From Armatimonadota bacterium (GTDB lineage Bacteria; Armatimonadota; SYMT01), in contig JBKBRF010000028.1 in assembly GCA_046292385.1 (NCBI GenBank), forward strand, positions 1-64,000: a stretch of DNA of 64,000 bases, written 5' to 3'. The notes beneath the pieces were generated by a model that saw only the letters and a program-made list of their open reading frames with translations, was not told the origin of the DNA and did not search any database. Positions 26,524-36,651 of this stretch are shown piece by piece. The stretch's first letter is position 1, and every line of letters begins with the position of its first letter. Position numbers and translations under genes: made by a program.

Positions 26524-27564
26524 ATGTCGATTCAGCTTCTTCGTGCCGCGGTTCTGCCGCTGGTGAGCGCACTCGCTCTCGCCGGGCCGGCGCTCAGCGA
26601 CGACCCGATCTTTTCCGGACCGCAGCCGGGGGAGAAGCTCACGCCCGTCCGGGCGCTGGCGGTGACCGGCCCGGAGGCGGGGAAGGAGATCGATCCGGTC
26701 AGCGCCGCGGGGGGCGCCCCGACGGTGCTGGTCTTCCTGCACGGGCTGGAGCGCTCCATGGTGCCGCTGCTGACCACCCTCGACCAGTACGGCGCGGAGA
26801 AGGCGCCGGGGCTTCGGACCCAGTTCGTGGCGCTCTCGGACGATCGGGTCGCGGCGGAGCAGCGCCTGCCGCTGGTGGCGCAGTCGCTCCGTCTGAAGTC
26901 GCCGCTGGTGCTCTCGCTCGACGGTCCCGAAGGGCCCGGGAACTATGGCCTGAACAAGCAGTGCCTGATGACGGTGGTGATGGGGCGGGAGAACCGGGTG
27001 ACCGCCAACTTTGCCCTGGTGCAGCCGGGGATTGCCGACGCGCCGCGGGTGCTGGCGAAGCTGGCGGAGCTGGTCGGGGACCCGCAGCCGCCGATGGCGG
27101 AGGCGCTGCAGTCTCGCCGCGGCACGCCGGAGCGCGGCGCGGGGCGCCGGACCGAGACGCCGCCGGCCGATCTCTCGCGGCTGGACCTGAACACCCAGGA
27201 GGGGCTCCGTGAAGCGGTCCGCGTGCTGGCGGCGGAGGTGCGCTCGCTGCGGGAAGAGGTGCAGCGGCTCCGGCAGGAGCGCGGCGCGCCCGGAGCCGGT
27301 TCCGCTCGTCCCGCGGGCGGTGAGCTCCCCGGCGCGGCGCCGACCGACCCGCGGCTGGTGCAGCTCCTCCGCGCGTTCATCCAGCGGACCAACGATCCGG
27401 CCGCGGTCGACCGGGTGGTCGCCGAGGTGGAGAGCTACGTCCGCGACGACGCCGCGCTGCGGAAGCAGGCGGTCGACGGGTGGACCCGCGTGCTCCACCT
27501 GAAGTACGGCACGGAATACGCCCACAAGGCCGGCGCCGAGCTGCTGGAGCGTCTCCGGCGATGA
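26524..27564 (+). CDS. secreted hypothetical protein (thioredoxin-like N-domain, coiled coil)
   Basis: signal peptide; FSGPQPGEKL, DGPEGPGNYGLN, VTANFALVQP resemble Planctomycete proteins. Confidence 0.7.
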   Translation: MSIQLLRAAVLPLVSALALAGPALSDDPIFSGPQPGEKLTPVRALAVTGPEAGKEIDPVSAAGGAPTVLVFLHGLERSMVPLLTTLDQYGAEKAPGLRTQFVALSDDRVAAEQRLPLVAQSLRLKSPLVLSLDGPEGPGNYGLNKQCLMTVVMGRENRVTANFALVQPGIADAPRVLAKLAELVGDPQPPMAEALQSRRGTPERGAGRRTETPPADLSRLDLNTQEGLREAVRVLAAEVRSLREEVQRLRQERGAPGAGSARPAGGELPGAAPTDPRLVQLLRAFIQRTNDPAAVDRVVAEVESYVRDDAALRKQAVDGWTRVLHLKYGTEYAHKAGAELLERLRR

Positions 27565-29702
27565 CCCGCGCGGCGGGGTGGCTCCTCACGGCGGTGCTCC
27601 TCGGTTCACCGGCGGTCGCGGCGCCCGCCGCGCGTCCCGCGGCTGCGGTCCGGGCCGACTTTCCGACCCGCATCCTCCCACTCCTCACCAAAGCCGGCTG
27701 CAACTCCGGCACTTGCCATGGGGCGGCAATCGGCCAGGGCGGCCTCCGCCTGAGCCTGCTCGGCTACGATCCGGAGGCAGACCACGCCGCCATCGCCCGG
27801 GAGCTCGGCGGCCGGCGTCTGCAGCTGGCGGCTGCCGAAGAGAGTCTGCTGCTGCGGAAGGCTTCCGGAAACCTCCCGCACGGGGGCGGCGTGCGCCTGG
27901 CGAAGGAGACCGGCGCCTACCGGCAGCTCCGCGACTGGATCTCCGCGGGCGCGCCGTACGGGGAGGAGCCGCGCCGGATCACGACGCTGGAGGTCAATCC
28001 GAAAGAGCTGCTGCTGCCGGCGCCCGGCGGCCGGCAGGCACTCCGCGTGGTCGCCAGGTTCTCCGACGGCTCGCAGGAAGAGGTGACCCCGCTCGCTCTC
28101 TACAGCGCCGACGATGAGGCGGTCGCGAGCGTGGATGACGCCGGGATCGTGACGGTCACCGGGCACGGTCTCAGCCCGGTGCTGGTGCGGTACCTGGGAC
28201 TGGTGGCCGCGGTGCGGGCCGGCTCCCCGTATTCGGACCGACCGTCCTCGGAGCCGTTTCCCGCAGCCCGCGGCCCGGTCGACCCCGCTGTCTTCTCCGA
28301 GCTGCGCCGCCTGCGCCTGCCGCTCTCGCCGCGTTCCGCCGACGACGAATTCCTCCGCCGCCTCTACCTCGACCTGCTCGGCGTCCTCCCCACCCCGGAA
28401 GAAGTCCGTGCCTTTCTGCAGGACCGCAGCGCGGGGAAGCGGGAGCGGACCATCGAGGCGCTCCTGGCGCGGCCCGAGTTTACCGACTACTGGACCCTCC
28501 AGTGGGCCGAGCTGCTCCGGATTGATTCGAAGCGGCTCGGCGCCGGGCCGGCGAGTGCCTATCATCGCTGGCTGCGGACGCAGATCGAGCAGAACCGCCC
28601 GCTCTCCGAGGTAGTGCGGGAGCTCCTCACCGCCGCCGGGGACGCCGGGGAGCACGGTCCGGTCAACTTCTATCGCGCGGCGACCGATCCGCGGGATCTC
28701 TCCGAGATCGCCAGCCGGTCGCTGCTCGGCGTGCGGCTGGAGTGCGCGCGGTGTCACAACCACCCGTTCGACCGGTGGACCCAGGACGATTACTACGGCT
28801 TCGCCGCGTTCTTCGCGCGGGTCCGGTTCAACGGGAGCCAGCTGGTCGACCTGGACCGGGGGGAGCTGGAGCATCCGAAGACGGGGGAGCCGGTCGCGCC
28901 GCGGCTGCTCGGTGAAGTGGAAGCGGTCTCTGTTGCGGAACGGCGGCCGGCGCTGGCGCAGTGGCTCCTCTCCGGGGGGAACGAGCGGCTGGCGCGGAAC
29001 CTCGCCAACCGCGTCTGGAAGCGGCTGCTGGGTCGCGGGATCGTCGAGCCGGTGGATGACCTTCGCGTCAGTAACCCGCCGACCAACCCGGCCCTGCTGG
29101 AGGCGCTCACGCGGGAGCTGACGACGAGCGGCTACGACCTGCGGCGGCTGGTGCGCACGATCGTCAGCTCGCGGACCTACCAGTCGAGCTCCCGCGCCGT
29201 GGCCGGAAACGAGCGGGACGACCGGTTCTTCTCCCACGCTCTGGTCCGCCCGCTTCCGCCCGAGGTGCTGGCCGACGGCATCGCCCAGGCGACCGGCGTC
29301 CCGGAAGAGTACGCGGGCTACCCCGCCGGCACCCGGGCAGTGCAGCTCGTCGACGGCCGGGTGCCGTCGGAGACGCTCGATGCCCTCGGCCGCTGCCGGC
29401 GGGAGACCGGCTGTGAGCCCGGCGCCTTGCAGGGAGGGCTGCGGTCTGCGCTCCACCTGATCAACGGGGACGGGATCAACGCCAGGGTCGCCTCCGGGAT
29501 CGCCGCGCGCCTCCTGCAGGAGGGACGGCCGGACCGGGAGATCGTGGAAGAGCTCTACCTCCGCACCCTCTGCCGCTTCCCGGAGGAGCGGGAGCGCGCC
29601 CACTGGGCGGACCTCCTGGCGCGAGCGCCGGCGCGGCGGGAGCGGGTGGAAGACCTCCTCTGGGCGCTGCTCAGCAGCCGCGAATTCGCCTTCAACCACT
29701 GA
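27561..29702 (+). CDS. DUF1549/DUF1553 (PSD1) protein with Ig-like domain
   Basis: GCNSGTCHG, LRLSLLGYDP, DDEFLRRLYLDLLG, CARCHNHPFDRWTQDDYY, NRVWKRLLGRGIVEPVDD, EFAFNH. Confidence 0.9.
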   Translation: MTRAAGWLLTAVLLGSPAVAAPAARPAAAVRADFPTRILPLLTKAGCNSGTCHGAAIGQGGLRLSLLGYDPEADHAAIARELGGRRLQLAAAEESLLLRKASGNLPHGGGVRLAKETGAYRQLRDWISAGAPYGEEPRRITTLEVNPKELLLPAPGGRQALRVVARFSDGSQEEVTPLALYSADDEAVASVDDAGIVTVTGHGLSPVLVRYLGLVAAVRAGSPYSDRPSSEPFPAARGPVDPAVFSELRRLRLPLSPRSADDEFLRRLYLDLLGVLPTPEEVRAFLQDRSAGKRERTIEALLARPEFTDYWTLQWAELLRIDSKRLGAGPASAYHRWLRTQIEQNRPLSEVVRELLTAAGDAGEHGPVNFYRAATDPRDLSEIASRSLLGVRLECARCHNHPFDRWTQDDYYGFAAFFARVRFNGSQLVDLDRGELEHPKTGEPVAPRLLGEVEAVSVAERRPALAQWLLSGGNERLARNLANRVWKRLLGRGIVEPVDDLRVSNPPTNPALLEALTRELTTSGYDLRRLVRTIVSSRTYQSSSRAVAGNERDDRFFSHALVRPLPPEVLADGIAQATGVPEEYAGYPAGTRAVQLVDGRVPSETLDALGRCRRETGCEPGALQGGLRSALHLINGDGINARVASGIAARLLQEGRPDREIVEELYLRTLCRFPEERERAHWADLLARAPARRERVEDLLWALLSSREFAFNH

Positions 29703-29712
29703 CGAGGCCACG

Positions 29713-31026
29713 ATGCGCTCACCCCAGCAACGCTGCGACGGGATTACCCGGCGGCACCTCCTGAAGATCGGCAGCCTGGCGGTCCCGGCTCTCGGACTGG
29801 CAGACGCGCTCCGCCTGGCCCATGCCGCGCCCGGGACCGGCGCGAGAGAGGTCTCGTGCATCCTCATCTGGCTGGACGGCGGCCCGAGCCATCTCGACAC
29901 CTTCGACCTGAAGCCCGACGCCCCATCGGAGGTGCGCGGCGACTTCCGGCCGATCCCCACCCGCGCCGACGGGGTACAGATCTGCGAGCACCTGCCGCGG
30001 ACCGCGGAGGTGATGGACCGTGTGGCGCTGATCCGCTCGCTTACGCACGAGCTCGGCAACCACGATACGGGAAGCCACTACCTGCTGACCGGCCATCGGC
30101 CCACCCCGGCCGTGGAGCACCCCAGCCTGGGGAGCGTTGCCGCGCGGGAGTCCACGGGCGCGCGCCACCTGCCCCCGTACGTGGCGATTCCGGAGGCGGT
30201 CGCCAGCGCCGGGCCGGGCTATCTTCCCGGCGCCTACGCCCCGTTCTCCGTCGGCGGCGATCCCTCGCAGTCCGGCTACCGGGTCCAAGATCTCTCTCCG
30301 CCGGTCTCGCTGCCGTCCGCGCGGCTGGAAGAGCGCCGGGCGATGGTGCGCGCGCTGGACGAATTCTCCCGCCGGGTCGAAGCCGGCGGCGCCACGGAGA
30401 GCCGGGATGCGTTCTTCGAGCAGGCGTACCGGCTGATCACCTCTCCGGCGGCAAAGGCGGCATTCGATCTGTCCGCGGAGCCTCCCGCCGCCCGGGAGGC
30501 GTACGGCCGCAGCCGCCTCGGCGCCGCCTGTCTGCTGGCGCGCCGCCTGGTGGAAGCCGGGACGCGCTTCGTGACGGTGGTCGACCCGGGCTGGGACACG
30601 CACCAGCAGATCTTCAAGGCGCTGCCGGACGCTTTCTTCCCGGGCAGCGGCAAGCTCCCGGCGCTCGACCGCGCCTACTCCGCGCTGTTGCGGGACCTGG
30701 ACGACCGGGGCCTGCTCGCCTCCACGCTGGTCGTCTTAATGGGTGAGTTCGGCCGCACCCCCAAGTTGAATAGCGCCGGCGGTCGCGACCACTGGCCCCG
30801 CGCCGGCTCGGTGCTGCTGGCGGGGGCTGGGATTCGCGGCGGGCAGGTGATCGGCAAGACCGATGCCTACGGCGAGGCGCCGGTGGAGCAGCCGGTGCGG
30901 CCGGAAGACCTGGCGCACACCCTGCTGGAGCTCCTCGGGATCGAGCCGGGGAAGGAAGTCCGGACCCCGGACGGCCGCCCGATGAAGCTGGTCGCCAGCG
31001 GCCGGACGATCCCGGGGCTCCGCTGA
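29713..31026 (+). CDS. DUF1501 family Tat-exported protein
   Basis: TRRHLL; WLDGGPSHLDTFDLKP, LLARRLVEAG, WDTH, GEFGRTP, GRDHWP. Confidence 0.92.
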   Translation: MRSPQQRCDGITRRHLLKIGSLAVPALGLADALRLAHAAPGTGAREVSCILIWLDGGPSHLDTFDLKPDAPSEVRGDFRPIPTRADGVQICEHLPRTAEVMDRVALIRSLTHELGNHDTGSHYLLTGHRPTPAVEHPSLGSVAARESTGARHLPPYVAIPEAVASAGPGYLPGAYAPFSVGGDPSQSGYRVQDLSPPVSLPSARLEERRAMVRALDEFSRRVEAGGATESRDAFFEQAYRLITSPAAKAAFDLSAEPPAAREAYGRSRLGAACLLARRLVEAGTRFVTVVDPGWDTHQQIFKALPDAFFPGSGKLPALDRAYSALLRDLDDRGLLASTLVVLMGEFGRTPKLNSAGGRDHWPRAGSVLLAGAGIRGGQVIGKTDAYGEAPVEQPVRPEDLAHTLLELLGIEPGKEVRTPDGRPMKLVASGRTIPGLR

Positions 31027-31997
31027 TGCGGCGGCGCGACCTGCTGCTCGGACTCCCGCTCCTGGCGGGCGGCAGACTGGCGGCGGCGCCCGCGGCTCCG
31101 ATCACCGGCCTCACCTTCAGCCCCGACGGCCGCTTCCTGCTCTGCAGCGGCTACGGGGAGATCCTGGTCCGATCCGTACCGGAGCTGCGCGTGGTCCGCC
31201 GCCTTCCGTGCGGCCTCCCCCAGATCCACGCCCTCGCCTTCCATCCGGACGGAAAGGCTCTGGCCGCCGCGGGGGGCACTCCCGGCGCTTCCGGATCCGC
31301 GCACCTCTTCTCCTGGCCGGCGGGTAAGCGAATCGGAGAGCTCGGCGCCTCCCGGGACCTCGCCACCAGCCTGGCGTTCAACCCGGACGGTGCCCGGCTG
31401 GCGGTCTCCGGCAGTGACCGTGCGGCGCGGGTGTGGGCGATGCCCGGTCCGGGAGCGCCCGTGCCGTCAAAGCCGCTGCTGACGCTGGCGGGCCACGCGG
31501 GACCGGTGCTGGCGATCGCCTACACCGCGGACGGCAGCCTGCTGGTCACCGGCAGCGCGGACCGTTCCCTCCGGGTGTGGGATGCGGGCACGGGCGGGCT
31601 GCGCCGGACGCTGACGAACCACACGGAGATCGTCCACTGCCTCGCCGCCCGGCCGCAGAGCGCCGAGAGCGGCCCGCACCCGTACTGCGTCTCCGGCGGC
31701 GATGACCGGACGGCGCGCGTCTGGCAGCCGGGTCTCGGCCGGATGGTGCGGATCGTGCGCGGGCATGCCGGCCCGGTGCTCGCGGTGCTCTACAGCCGGG
31801 ATGGGAAGCAGCTCTTCTCCGCGGGCGCGGAGGGCGTGGTCCGCGTCATCGACGCGGAGAGCGACCAGGTACTCCGGAGCTGGAGCCCCACGCGGGAGTG
31901 GATCTACCGGCTGGCGCTGAGTCCCGACGGCCGGCGGCTGGCCGCGGGCGACTGGCGAGGACGGGTCTTCCTCTGGGAGTGGGAGGCGGGACGCTGA
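31026..31997 (+). CDS. Tat-exported WD40-repeat protein
   Basis: RRRDLL; repeated FSPDG, GH..PV and SADRSLRVWD units. Confidence 0.9.
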   Translation: MRRRDLLLGLPLLAGGRLAAAPAAPITGLTFSPDGRFLLCSGYGEILVRSVPELRVVRRLPCGLPQIHALAFHPDGKALAAAGGTPGASGSAHLFSWPAGKRIGELGASRDLATSLAFNPDGARLAVSGSDRAARVWAMPGPGAPVPSKPLLTLAGHAGPVLAIAYTADGSLLVTGSADRSLRVWDAGTGGLRRTLTNHTEIVHCLAARPQSAESGPHPYCVSGGDDRTARVWQPGLGRMVRIVRGHAGPVLAVLYSRDGKQLFSAGAEGVVRVIDAESDQVLRSWSPTREWIYRLALSPDGRRLAAGDWRGRVFLWEWEAGR

Positions 31998-32067
31998 GAA
32001 ACGCGGAGGAGCGGCCCGGAGAGAGCGAGAACCGCTCCCTCATCACACCTCCTTCTCCGCTGCGCCC

Positions 32068-33678
32068 ATGCCTCACCTGAACGACCTCGCCCCCCTGCTC
32101 GCCCTCGTCGCCCTGATGGCCGTCTCCATGGCGATCGGGATCGCCGCGAACCGCACCGTGGAGAAGGGCGGCTTCATGCGCGGCTTCTTTCTCGGGAACC
32201 GCGGCCTCGGCTCCTGGTCGATGGCGCTCACCGCCACGGTGATGAGCGGCGGCACCTTCATGGGCTTCCCGTCGCTCGTCTACAAGCACGGGTGGTCGCT
32301 GGCGCTCTGGATCTGCAGCTACATGGTGGTGCCGCTCTGCACCTTCGCGGTGCTGGGCAAGCGGATGGGCGAGCTCTCCCGCAAGACCGGCGCCATCACC
32401 ATGCCGGAGCTGTTCCGGGAGCGGTTCCAGAGTCCGCAGCTGGGGCTCATCGCCTCGGGCCTGATGGTGCTGATCCTCTCGGTGGGGCTGGTGGCGCAGT
32501 TCAAGGGCGGGGCGCTGATCCTGCAGCACGTGCTGCCCGGCCTCCCGAAGAGCGGGCCGACGGTGCTTGGCCAGTCGCCCGCCTTCCTCTGGGGGCTGGC
32601 GATCTTTACGCTGGTGGTGGTCTCCTACACCGTCTACGGCGGCTTCCTGGCGGCGGTCTGGACCGACCTCTTCCAGAGCGTCCTGATGGCGATCGGCGTG
32701 ATGGCGCTCTTTCCGCTGGCGCTGGCGGCGGCGGGCGGGGCCGGCGGGTTCTGGAACGGGCTGGAAGCGGGCACCCGCGCCGGGATGGAGCAAGCGGGTC
32801 CCGGCTTCGCCTTCGCGCCGGGGGGCGGGGCCGGCTGGGAGTTCCTGCCGGTGGGGCTCGCCTTCTCCTACTTCTGCATGTGGTCGATCGCGGGGATGGC
32901 GCAGCCCGCCACCCTGGTGCGGCTGATGGCGTTCCGCGATACCCGCACGCTTCGACACGCCACCTTCCTGCTGGCGGTCTACAACACGCTGATCTACCTC
33001 CCGCTCGTCTTCATCTTCATCGCGGCGCGCGCGGTGCTGCCGGAGCTGGAGAAGTCGGACGAGGTGATGCCGCGGATGGCGCTCGCCGTCGCCTCCCCCT
33101 GGGTCTCCGGCCTGATCCTGGCCGCCCCGTTCGGCGCGGTGATGGCGACCGTCAGCGGCTACCTGGTGCAGATCAGCTCCGGCTTCGTGCAGGACGTCTA
33201 CCACCGCTTCGTGAACCCGAACGCCTCCGAGCGGACGCTGCGGCTCCTCTCCCACAGCTTCATCATCGCGGTCGGACTGGTGGCGGCGGGGGCCACGATC
33301 TTCTCCCCGGAGTTCCTGCAGGCGATCATCGTCTTCGCGGGCGGCGCGGCGGCGTGCGCGTTCCTCTTCCCCGCGGTGATGGCCTGCTTCTGGCGGCGCG
33401 CGAACTCGCAGGGAGCGATCGCGAGCATGGTCGGCGGCGTCGGGACGGTGCTGGCGCTTTACGTGACCGGCTGGATCCTCCCGGGCGAGCCGCGGATCGA
33501 CACCGGCGGCCGCTGGGCGCCGATCTACCCGCTGGAGCTGGCGCCGTTCGTCTGGGGGATCGTCGTCTCCATTGTCTGCGGCGTCGTGTTCACCCTCGCC
33601 ACCCCCGAGCCGAAGCGCGCACTGACGGAGCGGTTCTTCGGCGGTCCGGAAGCGGAGGACGCAGCCGCAAATGCGTGA
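32068..33678 (+). CDS. sodium:solute symporter (PanF-like)
   Basis: FFLGNRGLG, SGGTFMGFP, YTVYGGFLAAVWTD, AAPFGAVMATV; about 13 TM segments. Confidence 0.9.
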   Translation: MPHLNDLAPLLALVALMAVSMAIGIAANRTVEKGGFMRGFFLGNRGLGSWSMALTATVMSGGTFMGFPSLVYKHGWSLALWICSYMVVPLCTFAVLGKRMGELSRKTGAITMPELFRERFQSPQLGLIASGLMVLILSVGLVAQFKGGALILQHVLPGLPKSGPTVLGQSPAFLWGLAIFTLVVVSYTVYGGFLAAVWTDLFQSVLMAIGVMALFPLALAAAGGAGGFWNGLEAGTRAGMEQAGPGFAFAPGGGAGWEFLPVGLAFSYFCMWSIAGMAQPATLVRLMAFRDTRTLRHATFLLAVYNTLIYLPLVFIFIAARAVLPELEKSDEVMPRMALAVASPWVSGLILAAPFGAVMATVSGYLVQISSGFVQDVYHRFVNPNASERTLRLLSHSFIIAVGLVAAGATIFSPEFLQAIIVFAGGAAACAFLFPAVMACFWRRANSQGAIASMVGGVGTVLALYVTGWILPGEPRIDTGGRWAPIYPLELAPFVWGIVVSIVCGVVFTLATPEPKRALTERFFGGPEAEDAAANA

Positions 33679-33686
33679 GCGAAGGC

Positions 33687-33773
33687 GGTTGCAGGTTGGC
33701 AAGTTGGCAGGTTGCAGGTTGGGTTCTCCGAAGGCGGGGCTCTTAACCTGGAACTTGCAACCTGCCAACCTGT
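33687..33773. repeat. GCAGGTT / AACCTGC inverted heptamer arms
   Basis: ggttgcaggttggcaagttggcaggttgcaggtt ... aacctggaacttgcaacctgccaacctg. Confidence 0.85.
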
Positions 33774-33809
33774 TAACAGCGCCGGGGCCGCTCGATAGAA
33801 GCAGCTGCG

Positions 33810-34790
33810 ATGGATAAGCCGATCTACGTCGGGGCGGACCTGGGCGGGACGCACTTCCGCGTGGGCGTGCGGCGGGCGGGAGAGCTGCGGCTGCTCTACC
33901 GGGAGGCCATTCCCGCCTCGCCGGAGTGGGACGCGGAGCAGCTTCTCTCTGTAATGGCGGAACTTCTCGCACGGATCACGGTGCGGTGCCGGGAGGCGCT
34001 GTTTCCCGCGGGAGTCGGCTTCGGCTCGACCGGCGACCTCGACTACCGCGCCGGGACCTGCTACTCGATGAAGCGGTTTCCGCTCCTGGAGGAGGCGCCG
34101 CTGCGGAAGCTGCTGGAGGAGCGGTTCAGCGTGCCGGCCGTGGTGCTGAATGACGGCCTCTGCGCCACCCTGGCGGAGCTGCGGGCGGGAGCGGGGCGCG
34201 GCGCCTCCGACTTCGCCATGATTACGCTGGGCACCGGTATCGGCGGCGGGATCGTGTCGGACGGCCGGCTGCTCCTCGGCCGGCGCGGGCGGGTGGGGAA
34301 GGTCGGCCACCAGATCCTCGACTTCGACGGACCGGTCCACTGCCACTGCGGCCTCCCCGGCTGCTGGCAGACGCTCGCCGCCAAGGAGGGGGTCACGGCT
34401 CGCGCCCGGCAGGCGGCGGCACGCCACCCGGTGTCGGAACTGGCGTCCCGGTTCCGCGCGGGGGAGCCGGAGCTGCGGGAGGTCTTCGCCCTCGCCGCGG
34501 CCGGTGATGCCGCCGCGGCGGAGGTGGTGCGGGAGACCGGGCGGTTCGTCGGCATCGGCCTGGCGAACCTGGTGAAGATTCTGGCGCCGGAGCGGCTGAT
34601 CGTCGGCGGCGGGATCGCGGAAGGGAACACGCTGCTGCTCCAGGCGGTGCAAGAGACCGTGTGGGAGTACGCGATCAAGCCGTACCAGCGGGTGGAAGTG
34701 GTCCCGGCGGAGCTCGGCACGGAAGCGGGGACGCTCGGCGCGACGCTGCTGCCGGAAGAAGGACTGACGACGGGAGAACCGGTGCGATGA
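33810..34790 (+). CDS. ROK family sugar kinase
   Basis: GADLGGT, LND, ITLGTGIGGG, GH..CHCGLPGC, VGGGIA. Confidence 0.9.
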   Translation: MDKPIYVGADLGGTHFRVGVRRAGELRLLYREAIPASPEWDAEQLLSVMAELLARITVRCREALFPAGVGFGSTGDLDYRAGTCYSMKRFPLLEEAPLRKLLEERFSVPAVVLNDGLCATLAELRAGAGRGASDFAMITLGTGIGGGIVSDGRLLLGRRGRVGKVGHQILDFDGPVHCHCGLPGCWQTLAAKEGVTARARQAAARHPVSELASRFRAGEPELREVFALAAAGDAAAAEVVRETGRFVGIGLANLVKILAPERLIVGGGIAEGNTLLLQAVQETVWEYAIKPYQRVEVVPAELGTEAGTLGATLLPEEGLTTGEPVR

Positions 34791-35695
34791 AGGCGATCTT
34801 CGTAGGACTGATGCTGGGGGCGCTGGCGGTGGCGGGCGGCGCGGGGACAGCGGCGGCGCAGGAGCCGGCGCGGCCGACGCCGGTACCGCTCTGGCCCGGT
34901 GGCGCGCCGGGTGCGGTGGGTCAGGAAGCCGCCGACGTGCCGACGCTCGCCTACTACCCGGCGCCGAAAGACCGGAATACCGGCGCGGCGGTGGTGGTTT
35001 GCCCCGGCGGGGGCTACGGAGGCCTGGCGGAGCACGAGGGGCATCCGGTCGCCGTGTGGCTCAACTCGATCGGGGTGAACGCAGTGGTGCTGCGCTACCG
35101 CCACGCTCCCCGCTACCGGCACCCGGTGCCGCTGCAGGACGCGGCGCGGGCGGTGCGGACCGTACGGGCGCGCGCCGCGGAGCAGGGGATCGATCCGCAG
35201 CGGATCGGCATCCTCGGCTTCTCCGCGGGCGGGCATCTCGCCTCGACGCTCTCGACCCACTTCGACGCCGGTAAGCCGGGCGCGGAGGACCCGATCGAGC
35301 GGCAGAGCAGCCGGCCGGACTTCAGCATCCTGATCTATCCGGTGATCTCGCTGCGGGAGTCGTTCACCCACGCCGGCTCCCGGAACAACCTGTTGGGGCC
35401 GAACCCCCCGGCGGAGCTGGTCGACCTCCTCTCCAACGAGCGGCAGGTGACGCCGCAGACGCCGCCCGCGTTTCTGGTCCACAGCCACCAGGACACCGTC
35501 GTGCCGCCCGAGAACAGCCTCTACTACACGCTGGCGCTGCGGAAGGCGGGGGTTCCCTCCGAGCTGCACATGTTCGAGAAGGGGCAGCACGGCTTCGGAC
35601 TGGCGCTGAACGATCCGGACCTGAGTGCCTGGCCCCGCGCCTGCGAAAAATGGCTCGGCTTCCGCGGCTACCTCGGCGAGGCGCGGAAGACATAG
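34787..35695 (+). CDS. secreted alpha/beta hydrolase (paralog of 19446-20372)
   Basis: CPGGGY, GFSAGGHL, RPDFSILIYP, GQHGFG. Confidence 0.9.
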   Translation: MKAIFVGLMLGALAVAGGAGTAAAQEPARPTPVPLWPGGAPGAVGQEAADVPTLAYYPAPKDRNTGAAVVVCPGGGYGGLAEHEGHPVAVWLNSIGVNAVVLRYRHAPRYRHPVPLQDAARAVRTVRARAAEQGIDPQRIGILGFSAGGHLASTLSTHFDAGKPGAEDPIERQSSRPDFSILIYPVISLRESFTHAGSRNNLLGPNPPAELVDLLSNERQVTPQTPPAFLVHSHQDTVVPPENSLYYTLALRKAGVPSELHMFEKGQHGFGLALNDPDLSAWPRACEKWLGFRGYLGEARKT

Positions 35696-35826
35696 GGCGC
35701 ATGCGGGGGTGAGGTCCGGCTCGATAGAAAGCAGTGATATGGTTGCGTTGGGTGGCGGGGCGCTCCCGGCCGGCTCTTGGCACGTTACTTGCCGAGCAAG
35801 TGAGCATTTCCCCGCCTGATTTCCCC

Positions 35827-36519
35827 ATGACCTCTCTCCCTCTCTGGACCGTCCACCTGGGACGGATCGACTACGATGCCGCGGTGGCCCTGCAGGAGCG
35901 CGTCCACCGCGCCCGGCTGGAGCAGCGGATCCCGGACGTGCTGCTGCTGCTGGAGCACGAGCCGGTCATCACCCTCGGCCGCGCGGCGAAGCGGGAGAAC
36001 ATCCTGGTCGATCCCGCGGTGCTGGAAGCGCGCGGAGTGCAGGTGCGGGAGACCGCCCGCGGCGGCGACGTGACCTACCACGGCCCGGGCCAGCTCGTCG
36101 GCTACCCGATCTTCAACCTGAACGTGCACGGGCGCGACGTGACGCGCTACGTCCGCGGCGTGGAAGAGGCGCTGATCCGCGCCCTCGAGCGCTTCTCCGT
36201 CACCGCCGGGCGGGTGCCCCGCCTGACCGGAGTGTGGGTCGGCGATGAGAAGATCGCCGCCATCGGCGTCGGCGTGCGGAAGTGGGTCACCTGGCACGGC
36301 TTCGCCCTGAACCTCTCCACCGACCTGGACGCCTTCTCCGTCATCGTCCCCTGCGGCATCAGCGACCGGGGCGTCACCTCCCTCGAGCGGGTGCTCGGGC
36401 GGCCGGTCGAGCTCCCCGAGGCGACCGACGCGATCGAAGCCGGCTTCCACGAGACCTTCGGCGTCCACCCGGAGCGCCGCTCGCTGGAAGAGCTGGAGGC
36501 GAAGGTAAAGGCCTCTTAA
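35827..36519 (+). CDS. lipB: lipoyl(octanoyl) transferase
   Basis: LLEHEPVITLG, RGGDVTYHGPGQLVGYP, KIAAIG, HGFALN, IVPCGI. Confidence 0.95.
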   Translation: MTSLPLWTVHLGRIDYDAAVALQERVHRARLEQRIPDVLLLLEHEPVITLGRAAKRENILVDPAVLEARGVQVRETARGGDVTYHGPGQLVGYPIFNLNVHGRDVTRYVRGVEEALIRALERFSVTAGRVPRLTGVWVGDEKIAAIGVGVRKWVTWHGFALNLSTDLDAFSVIVPCGISDRGVTSLERVLGRPVELPEATDAIEAGFHETFGVHPERRSLEELEAKVKAS

Positions 36520-36645
36520 AGGCTAAAGGCGTCTTGAAGGCTAAAGGCTAAAGGCTAAAGCTCCGGACCCCGTCGCACGAGAGCGGGGCGAGGGTCCGGG
36601 AGGTTCGGACTTTAGCCTTTAGCCTTTTCACTTTAGCCTTTAGAG
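36517..36645. repeat. GGCTAAA / TTTAGCC inverted heptamer arms
   Basis: ggctaaaggctaaaggctaaag ... ctttagcctttagcctt..ctttagcctttag. Confidence 0.85.
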
Positions 36646-36651
36646 TTTGCT

